The notes beneath the pieces were generated by a model that ran no database searches, was not told the DNA's origin, and worked only from the letters and a program-made list of their open reading frames with translations. DNA of 64,000 nt from an uncultured delta proteobacterium (lineage in GTDB: Bacteria; Desulfobacterota; Zymogenia; Zymogenales; Zymogenaceae). Below are positions 33,310 through 46,027 of the stretch, one piece after another. Location: the NCBI GenBank assembly GCA_963792965.1, contig CAWBYW010000030.1, positions 32,001-96,000 on the forward strand. The letters are read 5' to 3'. The position numbers and the translations under genes were made by a program. Position 1 is the stretch's first letter. Each line of letters starts with the position of its first letter.

Positions 33310-35589
33310 TCACTTCTTTGCGGCACTGATCGATGTGAGAACCCAGGTTGTGGAATTCTTGTTCCATGCATAGACGAAAATGGATTTTTCGGTCTCGAGT
33401 CTCATGAAGACGACGTTATATCTTTTTGCCTGTTCTTGCCCGTCTCCCGACAGAGTCAGGTCGACGCGGGAGACGGTCTTGTAGATATGATAGCGCATAA
33501 ACGACGAGATATCGTCGACATCGGCGACTTTTCTTTCCTCGATATAGTGTGAAAGCAGCAGGAACATGATTAGGTTGTCACCCGTCAGGGTGGGCCGATT
33601 CTTCCGCTCACCCTCGAGGACCCTGAAGTTTTCCTTTTCTGCCTTGATTTCCTTTTCGGCGATCTTGTTTTCCGTGACGAGCCGTATTCTCTCCTGTTCA
33701 AGCTCCTTGATATTCTCATCGACCGTGTCGAGCCAGACGGCATCATTGAGCATGTTTTGGTATTGCTGCCGAATATTCCTCAGCTTTGTGTCATAGGTTG
33801 ACTTTCTCTTATCGTACTGTGGCTTGAGCTTGGAGTACTCCTTCGACAGGTCCTCAAGCTCCATCTTGTTGGCCATATACCCGGGGTCATTGCCCCCGGT
33901 CCCGTAGATCGTCTCGTATTCGGTTATTCGCTTCTTGGCGTCCGCCATGTCCTGCTCAAGCTGTGTGACTTTGTCCTCAAGGTTCTTGAAGTCGTCCTTG
34001 AAAGCTTTCACTTCCTTCTGATACTCCTGCTCGATCGAGGCGGGGTCAAGCCGGTTTTTTTGCTGCAGATCGATATATTTCTTCTTATCCGCGTTGAGCG
34101 TTACCATGGTTTCGTCGATTTCGGAGATCCGCTCCTGGTTCGTCTTGAACGTTATCTCCTGGTCACCGAGCGAATTCTTTGCCTCTTCATAGGCAATCTC
34201 TTCGGAAAAGCTGCTCTTGAACGTTTCGAGCATCTTCTTGAGATTCCCCGAGCTCACCTCGGACTCTTTTGACGAGTCGACAAAATCCCAAGCCGAGAGG
34301 GAAAAACCCGGAGCAAAGGGAGAGGCGATTTTCGAATTCAGTCCGTCTTTCTTAATACCGTAAAAGACCCTGTTGACGCCGCTGTCCATATCCTCGACCG
34401 AGGGACGCGTCTGTGGGAGCGCGAGCCATGAGACCAGGAGGATAATGATGACTGCAACGATTGGAACGGCGATTTTGATCAGCTTTGCGAAGATTTCGAA
34501 GGGAGAGACCTTGTAGAAATATCTCCCCATGGGAAGCCGTGCAACGAACTTTCCGGTGGAAACGGCGACTTCCTTTCGGCTGTCGTTCATCACCACTTTC
34601 GCCGGGGCGGGCCCACCTTTCAGCCCCGCGGAGAAATCCGGTCCGACCGGCGCGCCGCCCCGATCCCCCCACGCCCCTGCCCGGGGAGGCATCCCCGCAC
34701 CGCCGGAGGAAGCCGCCCGTCCTCCTATCTCCAGCTCGTCCCCGAGGCTGGTGATAAAGGACTCCCGATCGGCGGTCTCTCCTCCCTTCGTGTCGACGGA
34801 AAAAACGTCCGCCACCGTTCCCTCGATGGCTTCCACCGCCGAAGAGAATTCCCCTTCCTTGGCCGAGCCCGCGTCTTCGGCGCCGATTCGGGACTCATCG
34901 ATAGTGATCGTGAGATCCTCGGCGAGCGCAGTGACTTTTTCTTCAGGGTGTGATCCGTCGGCGATGTTGCGCTTGAGCAGGTGATCCTCGAGTACCTCTT
35001 CTTCTCCCTCTTGTACCCCGATCACGACCTCCATATCGTCATCGGAATATCGCTCCCGCTCAAGGAAGGTGCCTTTCTTGTCTTCCCGATCATCGAGCTC
35101 AACGGTAACTTCAACATCATCGGCGGAATCCTGTGCGCGGTCGCCGCCCATGATGTCATCGACCTCGAATTCGACCTCTTCCCCGGATCCCACCCCGCTG
35201 GATTCGCGAGTGACATCCTCCTCCGACTCGTCGATCTCGCCCTGGAGGTAATAGAGGACCTTCTCGGTGGTGTTCCTGTTTCCGATGATGGCGGTCCCGA
35301 TTCCGGGAGAGTCGTGGAAGTGCTTTGCGAGAAAGAGCAACACATCCGACTGGGTCGAGTCGTCGGAGGCGATTTCCATGAGGGACGGCTCATCGAGGTG
35401 TAGGATCGATTTCTTCGCCTCGACCCGGACCATCAGATCGGGATCGACGACGAGCCGTGCGAGTGTTCTTGGGGGGGTCGACGTGTCCTCGAAGGTCAGC
35501 CCCTTGGCAAGCTTGAGGCGCTCCTCTTTCGAGAACGTCCCCTTCTCGAGCGACGCAAGGTATTTCGTATCCCGATCGTTTTGAGCCAT
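33310..35589 (-). CDS. Hypothetical bitopic membrane protein (helical N-domain, acidic linker, TM, coiled coil)
   Basis: 759-aa uninterrupted ORF; TM IAVPIVAVIIILLVSWLAL followed by a long heptad-rich region. Confidence 0.8.
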   Translation of the reverse strand: MAQNDRDTKYLASLEKGTFSKEERLKLAKGLTFEDTSTPPRTLARLVVDPDLMVRVEAKKSILHLDEPSLMEIASDDSTQSDVLLFLAKHFHDSPGIGTAIIGNRNTTEKVLYYLQGEIDESEEDVTRESSGVGSGEEVEFEVDDIMGGDRAQDSADDVEVTVELDDREDKKGTFLERERYSDDDMEVVIGVQEGEEEVLEDHLLKRNIADGSHPEEKVTALAEDLTITIDESRIGAEDAGSAKEGEFSSAVEAIEGTVADVFSVDTKGGETADRESFITSLGDELEIGGRAASSGGAGMPPRAGAWGDRGGAPVGPDFSAGLKGGPAPAKVVMNDSRKEVAVSTGKFVARLPMGRYFYKVSPFEIFAKLIKIAVPIVAVIIILLVSWLALPQTRPSVEDMDSGVNRVFYGIKKDGLNSKIASPFAPGFSLSAWDFVDSSKESEVSSGNLKKMLETFKSSFSEEIAYEEAKNSLGDQEITFKTNQERISEIDETMVTLNADKKKYIDLQQKNRLDPASIEQEYQKEVKAFKDDFKNLEDKVTQLEQDMADAKKRITEYETIYGTGGNDPGYMANKMELEDLSKEYSKLKPQYDKRKSTYDTKLRNIRQQYQNMLNDAVWLDTVDENIKELEQERIRLVTENKIAEKEIKAEKENFRVLEGERKNRPTLTGDNLIMFLLLSHYIEERKVADVDDISSFMRYHIYKTVSRVDLTLSGDGQEQAKRYNVVFMRLETEKSIFVYAWNKNSTTWVLTSISAAKK

Positions 35590-35595
35590 TACCCC

Positions 35596-36622
35596 TTACA
35601 TGTAATGGGTTATATAATACTCGGCGATCTGCACGGCGTTAAGCGCGGCCCCCTTGCGTATGTTGTCGGAAACGATCCACATATTGAGTCCGGATTCGAT
35701 CGTGAAATCCTCGCGTGATCCTCCCGACGAAGGTCTCGTCCTTCCCCGCCGCGTCGATGGCCAGGGGATAGACGTTGTGTGCCGGATCGTCGGCCACCAC
35801 GACGCCCGGCGCCTTCCTCAGGATCGCACGGGCCTCGTCGGGGGTCAGTTTTCTCTCCGTCTGGATATTCACCGACTCGCTGTGACTGTAGAAGACGGGG
35901 ACACGAACGGTGGTCGCGGTCACGGCAATGGTGTCGTCCCCGATGATCTTCTTGGTCTCGTTGACCATCTTTATCTCTTCCTTGGTGTATCCGTTATCAA
36001 GAAAGGAGTCGATATGGGGCAGACAGTTGAAGGCGATGGGATGGGGATAGACCTTCATCTCAAGAGGCTTGCCCGCCAGTGCCGCGCGCGACTGCCCATC
36101 GAGCTCGTCGATCGCCTTCTGGCCGGTTCCCGAGACCGACTGGTACGTTGAGACCACCACCCGAATGATCCGCGCCGCGTCGTGCAGCGGCTTGAGGACC
36201 AGCACCATCTGTATCGTGGAGCAATTCGGGTTGGCGATGATGCGGCGCTTCTTGTAGTCCGCGATGTCGTGGGGATTGACCTCCGGGACGACCAGCGGGA
36301 TATCCGGCTCCATCCGAAAGGCGCTCGAGTTGTCGATCACGACGGCTCCTGCCGCCGCGGCGGCCGGCGCAAACTCGAGGCTCCGGGAGGCCCCCGCCGA
36401 GAAAAGGGCGACGTCCACGCCGGAAAACGATTCCTTCGTCATCGTGCGGACCGTGACCTCTTTGCCGCGAAACGGGAGCTTCTTGCCGTCGGACCTTTCC
36501 GAAGCCAACAAGCGAATCTCGCGCACGGGGAAATTCCTGCGCTCCAGTGTCTTGATCATCTCATTACCGACGGCGCCGGTGGCTCCGGCTACCGCCACAC
36601 AATATTCCTTTTTCGCTGCCAT
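35596..36622 (-). CDS. asd: Aspartate-semialdehyde dehydrogenase (frameshift near 35717)
   Basis: [23 protein letters not shown] and YQSVSGTG; the corrected tail is [16 protein letters not shown]. Confidence 0.95.
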
Positions 36623-36630
36623 AGTCGTGT

Positions 36631-37725
36631 CTACTTCCCCTTTCTGCTCATCAGGATTTCTACGATATGATTTCCCATCTCACGGGTCGATACCTCCTTA
36701 CCCACTCCCCGGTAGATGTCTTTGGTTCTGAGTCCGCCTGCGATCGCCCCCCGTACCGAATCTCCCACCGCTGAGGCCGCCGCCGCCTCGCCGCACGAGA
36801 GCTCCAGCATCATCGCCGCCGAGAGGATACAGGCGACGGGGTTGGCGCACCCCGTGCCCGCGATATCCGGGGCACTCCCGTGCACCGGCTCGTAGAGTCC
36901 CGGCGAACCTTTATCCCCGAGGCTCGCCGAGGGAAGCATCCCGATAGAGCCGGTCAGCATCGCCGCTTCGTCGCTCACTATATCACCAAAAAGGTTCGTT
37001 GTCAAAATAGTATCGAATACCTGTGGATTTCGGATGAGCTGCATGGCGCAGTTGTCGACGTACATATGATTCAGAGTCACGTCGGGATACTCTCTTGCCA
37101 CATCCGTGACCACCTCCCGCCAGAGCACCATAGATTCCAGCACGTTGGCTTTATCGACGGAAGTGACCTTTCTCCTGCGTTTTTGGGCGAGCGAAAAAGC
37201 TACGTGGGCGATGCGGCGTATCTCCGTTTCGGTGTAGACCAGGGTATTGATGCCGACGCGCTGGCCGTCTCTGGTCACGATCCCCCGGGGCTCGCCGAAA
37301 TAGACGTCCCCGGTGAGCTCCCGCACTACAATCAGGTCGATCCCCCGGATCACCTCCTCCTTGATGGAGGACTCACCGGCGAGCTCGTCAAACAGGAGCG
37401 CGGGCCGGAGGTTCGCAAACAGGCCGAGCCCCTTTCTGATGCCGAGGAGCCCCGCCTCGGGTCGCCGCGCGGTGGGAAGCCCATCCCACTTCGGCCCCCC
37501 CACGGCGCCGAGGATGACTGCCGAAGAGTCCCGTGCCTCCTTGAGCGTCGGACCCGGGAGCGGCGTGTCATATCGATCGATGGCCGTTCCCCCCACGGGA
37601 CATTCAGTGAAATCGAAGGCGAGATCAAAGAGGGATCCCACTGCCTCGAGGACTTTCCGTGCCTCGGCGACCACCTCCGGGCCGATCCCATCGCCGGGAA
37701 GCAGTGCTATTCGATATCTCTTCAT
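36631..37725 (-). CDS. leuB: 3-isopropylmalate dehydrogenase
   Basis: [33 protein letters not shown] and [12 protein letters not shown]. Confidence 0.96.
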   Translation of the reverse strand: MKRYRIALLPGDGIGPEVVAEARKVLEAVGSLFDLAFDFTECPVGGTAIDRYDTPLPGPTLKEARDSSAVILGAVGGPKWDGLPTARRPEAGLLGIRKGLGLFANLRPALLFDELAGESSIKEEVIRGIDLIVVRELTGDVYFGEPRGIVTRDGQRVGINTLVYTETEIRRIAHVAFSLAQKRRRKVTSVDKANVLESMVLWREVVTDVAREYPDVTLNHMYVDNCAMQLIRNPQVFDTILTTNLFGDIVSDEAAMLTGSIGMLPSASLGDKGSPGLYEPVHGSAPDIAGTGCANPVACILSAAMMLELSCGEAAAASAVGDSVRGAIAGGLRTKDIYRGVGKEVSTREMGNHIVEILMSRKGK

Positions 37726-37729
37726 CTCC

Positions 37730-38224
37730 TCACCGCCCGGCCTTCTTCTTCAGGTGCCCGATGAGGCCGCCGTCGGCCAAGAGCTCCGCCATGAACGGAG
37801 GGATCGGGCGTGCACGATAGGTCTTGCCGCTCGTCAGGTTCTTAATGATCCCCTCCTTTGCGTCCACCTCGATCCTGTCGCCCGGCTGTATCTCGCGGGA
37901 GGCCTCGGCCGATTCGAGAATCGGGAGCCCCGTATTGAAGGCATTACGGAAGAAGATCCGGGCGAAGCTCTCGGCGATGACGATTTTCGTCCCGGCGGTC
38001 TTCATCGCAACCGGGGCGTGTTCGCGGGAGGAGCCGCATCCGAAGTTCCTGCCCGCAACCACGATGCCCCCCTCCCGGACGGACGTGCGGAAGTCCGGCG
38101 CGAAGTCCTCGAAGGCATGGCTGCCCAGCTCTTCGGGGTCCGTGGTATTCAGGTAACGGGCGGGGATGATGGCGTCGGTATCGACGTCGTCCCCGAGCTT
38201 GTACGCGGTGCCTTTATATTTCAT
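37730..38224 (-). CDS. leuD: 3-isopropylmalate dehydratase small subunit
   Basis: [13 protein letters not shown] and [11 protein letters not shown]. Confidence 0.93.
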   Translation of the reverse strand: MKYKGTAYKLGDDVDTDAIIPARYLNTTDPEELGSHAFEDFAPDFRTSVREGGIVVAGRNFGCGSSREHAPVAMKTAGTKIVIAESFARIFFRNAFNTGLPILESAEASREIQPGDRIEVDAKEGIIKNLTSGKTYRARPIPPFMAELLADGGLIGHLKKKAGR

Positions 38225-38341
38225 ATCAGACCCGGATTCCTCTCGATTATATATACGCCCGGAAGACCAACGTCTCTCTATGAGGAGACGGACTATCCTC
38301 GGACGACCCCGCCGAAGGGAACAGGGCTCAAAAGCCGCCGG

Positions 38342-39608
38342 CTACAGTCCCAGACTGCCGGGACCCGCGACTTTGCCGAGCACCGCAGACGCCGCCGCGA
38401 CGGCCGGACCGGCAAGGTAGACCTCGCTCTTGGGGTCGCCCATCCGGCCCATAAAGTTGCGGTTGGTCGTGGATACCGCGCGCTCCCCCTCGCCCAAGAT
38501 GCCCATGTGGCCGCCGAGGCACGGCCCGCACGTGGGCGGCCCGATCACCGCGCCGGCGTCGAGGAATATCGTAAAGAGCCCCTCTTCCATCGCCTGCCGG
38601 TAGACCCGAGGCGTGGCGGGGATGACGATGAGCCGCACGTCGCTGTGCGCTTTCCTGCCGGCCAGAATCTCGGCCGCGAGCCTGAGGTCCTCGATGCGCC
38701 CGTTGGTGCAGGAGCCGATGATCACCTGGTCGATCGGGATGTCTCCCACATCGCTCACCGGGACGGCGTTGGACGGCAAGTGAGGGAGGGCCACCTGCAG
38801 CTCCATCGCGCCCACGTCGTACGTGCGCACCTCCACGTACTCCGCGTCGGGATCGCTCATGACCGGGCGGTAGTCTCGTTTCGTCTTCGACGTGAGGTAT
38901 TCCCTGGTCCTCTCGTCGGCGGCGAATATCCCGTTTTTCGCCCCCGCTTCGATGGCCATGTTGGCCATCGTCAGCCTCCCCTCGACGGAGAGGGCACTCG
39001 CGGCGGGGCCGACAAACTCCATCGCGCGGTAGAGTGCCCCGTCCACCCCGATGTCGCCGATGATCGCCAGGATATAGTCCTTGCCCGTCACCCACTTTCG
39101 GGGCGTTCCCTTGAGAACGAATTTCATCGACTCGGGGATCCTGAGCCACGCCTCGCCGGTCATCATCACGGCGGCAAGATCGGTGCTCCCCACCCCGGTG
39201 GCAAAGGCCGAAAGCGCGCCGTAGGTGCAGGTGTGGCTGTCGGCCCCGATAATGAGGTCCCCCGGGGCCACCAGGCCCAGCTCCGGCAGCAGCGCGTGCT
39301 CCACCCCCGAGCACCCCCCGTCGTATACGTGCACAACGCCGAAGGTCTTCCCGAACTCGCGGATGCGCTTGCACTGGTTGGCGCTCTTGATATCCTTATT
39401 CGGGGTAAAGTGGTCGCAGATCAGAACCACCTTCTCGGTATCGAAGACGTGATCCCCCCCCGCTTCCTCGAAGACGTCTATGGCCAGCGGCGCCGTAATG
39501 TCGTTGCCCAGGCACAGGTCAACCTTAGCCGTCACAAGGTCGCCGGGCGACCACCGTCTTCTTTCCGGCATGCGAAGCGAGGATCTTTTCACTTATCGTC
39601 ATCGGCAT
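38342..39608 (-). CDS. leuC: 3-isopropylmalate dehydratase large subunit (frameshift near 39550)
   Basis: MPMTISEKILA (other frame), GADSHTCTYG, IGSCTNGR, PTCGPCLGG and TNRNF.GRMG. Confidence 0.93.
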
Positions 39609-39702
39609 GGCTATACCATTCAGTTATCGAGAGCGGACCGCCCAGACTCACGCCTCAGGGCCGCGCCATCCGAGTGCTCCGCTCATTGTGCGCGTGGAGT
39701 CG

Positions 39703-41243
39703 TTACACCGTCTGGGATGCCCGGAGGTCCTTCTTCTTGACCGCCTCCAGTTTGTTGAGGGCATTGATGAAGGCCATCGCCGAAGCGACCAGGATATCGG
39801 TGTGGGAGCCTGCCCCCGCCGAGCGGTCGGGGCCGTCCTGAAGACGGACCGTCACCTCGCCGAGGGCGTCGGTCCCGCCGGTGATCGCCTTGACCTCGTA
39901 GCTGGCCAGCTTGCATCGGGTCTTGATCATCTTGGATATCGTCCGGTACACCGCGTCGACCGGGCCGTCGCCGAAAGCGGCGTCTTTGACCCTGTTGCCG
40001 TCGATAGAGAGGATAACGGTGGCCGTCGGCACCGCCTCGGTCCCCGAGCTGACGGAAAGCGATATCAGACGGTAGCGGTCGGGGATCCTCAGGATCTCCT
40101 CGGCGATGATGGCGGCGATATCCTCGTCGTAGACCTCTTTCTTCTTGTCGGCCAGCTTTTTGAACGCCTTGAAGGCGAGCTCGATCTGGGTATCCGTCAG
40201 GTCATAACCGATTTTCTTGACCCGCTCGACTAAGCGCGTGTCGTCCCGAGTGCTTGCCGAGCACGAGGCTCGTCTGGGCATAGCCGATGCTCTCCGGCGT
40301 GATGATCTCGTAGGTGGTCCTCTTCTTCAACAGACCGTCCTGATGAATGCCGGACTCATGGGAGAAGGCGTTGGCGCCGACGATCGCCTTGTTGGGCTGC
40401 ACCACGATGCCCGTGATCGCCGAGACCATGCGGCTCGTGGGGTAGATCAACTCCGTCTTGATGCCGGTGACAAGCCCGATGCGGTCTTTTCTGACCGAAA
40501 GCGCCATGACCAGCTCTTCCAGCGAAGTGTTTCCCGCCCGCTCGCCGATCCCGTTGATGGTGCACTCCACCTGGCCCGCCCCGGCGCGCACCGCGGAAAG
40601 GGAGTTGGCCACCGCAAGGCCGAGGTCGTTATGGCAGTGGACGGAGACGACCACGTCCCCGATCCCGGGCACATGGCCGGCGAGATACTCGATGAGCTGG
40701 GCATACTCGTCGGGGACGGTATAGCCCGACGGTGTCGGGGATGTTGACGGTGGTCGCACCCGCGTCGATCGCCGCCGCGATGACCTCGGCAAGATAGGCA
40801 TGGTCGCTGCGCGTGGCGTCCATCGCCGAGAATTCCACGTCGCTGCACAGCGACTTTGCCCGCTTGACACAGGCCGCCGCGATCTTGAGCACCTCGGCCC
40901 TCGTTTTCTTCAGCTGGTATTCGAGATGGATATCGGAGGTGGAGATGAAGGTATGAATCCGCGGCTTTTTGGCGTCCTTAATGGCGTCGAAGGCCACGTC
41001 GATATCCTTGATCTTGGCGCGAGCCAGCGCCGCCACTGTCGCCTCTTCGAGGGTCCCGGCAATCCTCTTGACCGCGTCGAAATCGCCGGGGCTTGACACC
41101 GGGAACCCGGCCTCGATGACGTCGACGCCAAGGCGCTCAAGCTGGCGGGCCACCGTGATCTTTTCCTCAGCGTTCATGCTGGCGCCGGGAGACTGCTCGC
41201 CGTCACGGAGCGTCGTGTCGAATATGATAACCCTATCGCTCAT
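39703..41243 (-). CDS. leuA: 2-isopropylmalate synthase (two frameshifts)
   Basis: [46 protein letters not shown] and the regulatory domain GDGPVDA. Confidence 0.95.
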
Positions 41244-41381
41244 GGATCAAAACCATTTCTCGTCTTTATCGGCAACATGCGCGCACTTTCCACCCGGAGG
41301 GGAGGTCATACCGGGTCCTCCCAACCGATGCACCGACTCTTTGTCGGAGGGCCCACGCGCGCACGCCTATCAACGCCCCAT

Positions 41382-42185
41382 CTATGGGGTCTGTTCGAGA
41401 TCCTTTTCTTCGCACACATCGGCTGTCTTCGGCCTGAAGACGGCGCAATAGAGGATGGAGAGGGGACCGGACAGGACATAGAACGAAATCAGGCTGAAGA
41501 TCATCATCTCGGGCCGGGTGGCGATCAGGATCGCTATGAGGATGACAAGCACCAGCACGTGAAAGGGCTTCCTCTTGACCACATCCGGCTCTTTGAAGCT
41601 CGAGTACTTTACGTTAGAGACCATGAGGAGCCCCACACAGTATACCATCACCAAGAGGAAGGCCCGCCAGTCTTCGGGGTCGATACCCATGTCGTCAAAG
41701 TAGAGCACCGTGGCCGTGAGCATCAGCGCCGCCATGGGCGAGGGGAGACCGTTGAAGATCCTTTTTTCGACCGTGTTGATTTGCACGTTGAAACGGGCAA
41801 GCCTCAGCGCCGCGCATATCGCAAACAGGGCGGCGCCCAAGAACCCGAAGCGCTCGAAGGGAAAAAGCGCCCACTGATACATGAGGACCGCCGGGGCGAT
41901 GCCGAAGGAGACGCAGTCGGCCAGCGAATCATACTCGACACCGAACGCGCTCTCCGTATGGGTGAGCCGCGCCACCCTGCCGTCTATACCGTCGAATGCC
42001 GCGGCAATAAAGATCGCCCATACGGCATGATCGATTTTCCCAGACATCGATGCGACGATCGAGTAAAATCCCATGAAGAGGGATCCCGTCGTCAGGAGGT
42101 TGGGGAGAATATATATCCCTTTTTTGAGATCCTCTCTCTGGATTCTCGACATTACCCTCGGAGCTCTGGCTCTCTTCTCTCTCAT
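41382..42185 (-). CDS. pssA: CDP-diacylglycerol--serine O-phosphatidyltransferase
   Basis: ILPNLLT, DGIDGRVAR..FGVEYDSLAD.VSFG.AP and ALRLARFN. Confidence 0.93.
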   Translation of the reverse strand: MREKRARAPRVMSRIQREDLKKGIYILPNLLTTGSLFMGFYSIVASMSGKIDHAVWAIFIAAAFDGIDGRVARLTHTESAFGVEYDSLADCVSFGIAPAVLMYQWALFPFERFGFLGAALFAICAALRLARFNVQINTVEKRIFNGLPSPMAALMLTATVLYFDDMGIDPEDWRAFLLVMVYCVGLLMVSNVKYSSFKEPDVVKRKPFHVLVLVILIAILIATRPEMMIFSLISFYVLSGPLSILYCAVFRPKTADVCEEKDLEQTP

Positions 42186-42826
42186 GGTAAAACTCCCATA
42201 ATGGTCTGGCCCCCCTTGACCTTATCCCCCACCGTCACTCTGACGCTGACGTTCGTTGGGAGATAGAGGTCGAGGCGGGAGCCGAAACGGATCAGGCCGA
42301 ACCGATCGCCCGTCTTGACCGTGTCTCCTTCCTTGAGGTAGCTGACGATCCGCCTGGCGACCAGCCCCGCGATCTGGATCACGAGTATCTTGACGCCGCC
42401 CGTCCGCTCGATGAGGACGGCGTTACGCTCATTTTCTTCCGAGGCTTTGTCGAGGCTGGCCACGAGGAACTTGCCGGGGAAGTATCGGACTTTTTTCACC
42501 TTTCCCCCGAGGGGGATGCGGTTGATGTGCACGTTGAAGACGTTCATGAAGATGGAGATGCGAATCGCGCGGCCGCCCAGGAGCTCCTTCTCCTGAATCT
42601 CCTTGACCTCGACGACCTTTCCGTCCGCCGGCGAGACGACCACCTTAGGGTCCGCCGGAACCTTTCTCTGCGGGTTACGGAAGAAGGCGGTCACAAAAAG
42701 GAAGACGGCGGCAAAGATTGTCGTGGCCCAGATTGGAAAGACAATCGCGCTGACGATCACAAGCAGCAGCGCCGGTACGATAAACGGCAGCCCCTCGACC
42801 GCGACAATGCTCTTTTCATTCTTCAT
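42182..42826 (-). CDS. psd: Phosphatidylserine decarboxylase (PSD-A type)
   Basis: FFRNP, SPADGKV, FMNVFNVH, QIAGLVARRI and IRFGSR. Confidence 0.93.
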   Translation of the reverse strand: MKNEKSIVAVEGLPFIVPALLLVIVSAIVFPIWATTIFAAVFLFVTAFFRNPQRKVPADPKVVVSPADGKVVEVKEIQEKELLGGRAIRISIFMNVFNVHINRIPLGGKVKKVRYFPGKFLVASLDKASEENERNAVLIERTGGVKILVIQIAGLVARRIVSYLKEGDTVKTGDRFGLIRFGSRLDLYLPTNVSVRVTVGDKVKGGQTIMGVLP

Positions 42827-42827
42827 C

Positions 42828-43850
<1,023 letters not shown>

Positions 43851-43895
43851 TCACCTCTAAAAGCGTATCTTCAAAGTTAAATCCTTATTATTTTA

Positions 43896-45593
43896 TCATA
43901 CCAACAGCATCCTGTCCAGCGGCGAGCCGACCGGCACCATCGGGTAGACGTTCTCCTCCCGGCTCACCACAAAATCCATGACGACCAGCTTCTTCACGCG
44001 CACCGCCTCCTGGATCGCCGGCACCACGTCCGAGGGTTTCTCGATGCGCATCCCCACGGCGCCGTAGGCCTCGGCCAGCTTCACAAAGTCCGGAGAAAAG
44101 TCCATCTCCGTGTGAGAATAACGCTCGTCGTAAAAGAGCTGCTGCCACTGTCGGACCATGCCGAGGAATCGGTTGTTGAGGATGGCGATCTTCACCGGGA
44201 GGTTGTGCTGACCGCGGTGGCCATCTCCTGGATGTTCATCTGGATGCTCCCGTCTCCGGCGATATCGATGACAAGGCTGTTCCGGAAAGGCGGCCTGGGC
44301 GCCGATCGCCGCCGGGAACCCGTAGCCCATCGTGCCGAGGCCGCCGGAGGTGAACAGCGTGCGCGGGCTGGTCGAAGGTGAAGAACTGGGCGGTCCACAT
44401 CTGGTTCTGCCCCACTTCGGTGGCGATGATGGCGTCGCCCTTGGTCACTCGATAAGATCTATCTCGATGACGAACTGGGGCTTGATCGCATGGTCACTCT
44501 GCGTATACCCAAGGGGATGGCTTTTCTCCCACTCGGCGATCTGCCTGAGCCACTCCTGTCGCGCACGTCGCGCCAATCCGTGAGCCGGTCTGCCTCGATA
44601 AGCACAAGCAGCTTCTTCAGGACGTCTTTGACGTCGCCCACGATCGGGATATCCACGATGGATATTTTTGCATGATGGACGTCGGGTCGATGTCGATGTG
44701 GATGATCTGTGGCGCCGGGGGCAAACTCATCGATCTTGCCGGTAACCCGGTCGTCGAAGCGGGCGCCGACGGCGATCAGAAGGTCGGAGTTCGTGACGGC
44801 CATGTTGGCCCGATAGGTCCCGTGCATCCCGAGCATGCCCAGGAAGAGGGGGTGCGAGCCCGGGGAACCCGCCCAGTCCCATGAGAGATGCGGTCACCGG
44901 GATGGAAAGCCTCTCGGCAAGTCGGATGAGCTCATCGGAGGCCGATGAGCTGATGACGCCGCCGCCGATATAGAGGACCGGCCGTTGGGCCTTGAGGATG
45001 GCCGCACAGGCCTTCTCGATGCTCGGTCCGTCGGCCTCGCTCTTGACCTGGTAGCTCCTGATGAAGACGTTTTTGATCTGCCCGTATTTCGCGCGGCCCG
45101 TGACGACGTCCCGGGGGAGGTCGACAAGGACCGGACCGGGCCTGCCGGTCGAGGCGATAAGAAAGGCCTCTTTGATCACCTCTTCAAGGTCGGCGGTTCT
45201 CTTGACGAGGTAGTTGTGCTTCGTACAGGGGCGGGTAATCCCCACGATGTCGGCTTCCTGGAATGCGTCGTTGCCGATGAGCATGGTGGGTACCTGCCCC
45301 GTGAAAACAACGATGGGGATGGAATCCATATTGGCCGTGGCGATACCGGTGACGGTATTGGTGGCGCCGGGACCCGAGGTAACCAGGGCCACACCAACCC
45401 TGCCCGTCGCCCGGGCATAACCGTCGGCCGCGTGTACCGCCGCCTGCTCGTGGCGGACCAGGATGTGGCGGATCGGATAGGCGGGCATCCGGTGATAGAG
45501 GTTCAACACGGCCCCGCCCGGATATCCGAAGATGGTGTCCACCCCCTCGTCGAGGAGGCTCTTAAAAAAGATATCGGTTCCTTCCTGAGTCAT
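43896..45593 (-). CDS. ilvB: Acetolactate synthase large subunit (several frameshifts)
   Basis: [65 protein letters not shown] and LGMVRQWQ, spread across frames. Confidence 0.93.
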
Positions 45594-45734
45594 AGCCAAA
45601 AATTCCCGCTTTCCGTCTCCCCCCAACCGCACGCCGCGCCCGAGTGCGACACCGTACCCCTCTATCGTGGCATCGCCTGGGCCGTGCCGCACCAAGCGGG
45701 CAGAGGGCGCACGGTCGGCGCCTGACGGGAGAAA

Positions 45735-45959
45735 CTACTTTCCCCGGTACTTTGCGAGGATCATCTCCATCTTGTCTTTGCCCACGAGCTTGAGCTTCTG
45801 GATTCTCTTTCGCTCCATCTCCTCGGCCGGGGTGAGGTGAGTGCGCGCGTTGAAATCATCGAGCGCCTTCTCGAACTGGGCATGCTCTTCCATGAGCTTT
45901 TTGAATTCAGGGTCTTCTTCCATGAGCCGCTTTTTCAGCAGCCCCTCCTTGTCTTCCAT
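45735..45959 (-). CDS. DUF465/YdcH family small protein
   Basis: EFKKLMEEH..LTPAEEMERKRIQKLKLVGKDKM. Confidence 0.8.
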   Translation of the reverse strand: MEDKEGLLKKRLMEEDPEFKKLMEEHAQFEKALDDFNARTHLTPAEEMERKRIQKLKLVGKDKMEMILAKYRGK

Positions 45960-45989
45960 GTCCGGCCCCCCTCAAAATATAATTTGTTG

Positions 45990-46018
45990 ATTTTATTAGA
46001 TAAAATAAGGAGTGTCAA
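45990..46018 (-). promoter_or_regulatory. sigma70 promoter of the DUF465-ilv-leu operon
   Basis: TTGACA-N17-TAAAAT. Confidence 0.65.
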
Positions 46019-46027
46019 CAGATATTC

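Noticed and set aside
37313-39841. Long opposite-strand ORFs (842 aa here; also 26763-28841, 12794-14563, 22524-23987)
   Set aside because: Antisense shadows of high-GC coding genes, with no motifs.
45594-45734. Possible ilv attenuator or leader peptide
   Set aside because: No Leu/Ile/Val-rich short ORF and no terminator with a U-tract.
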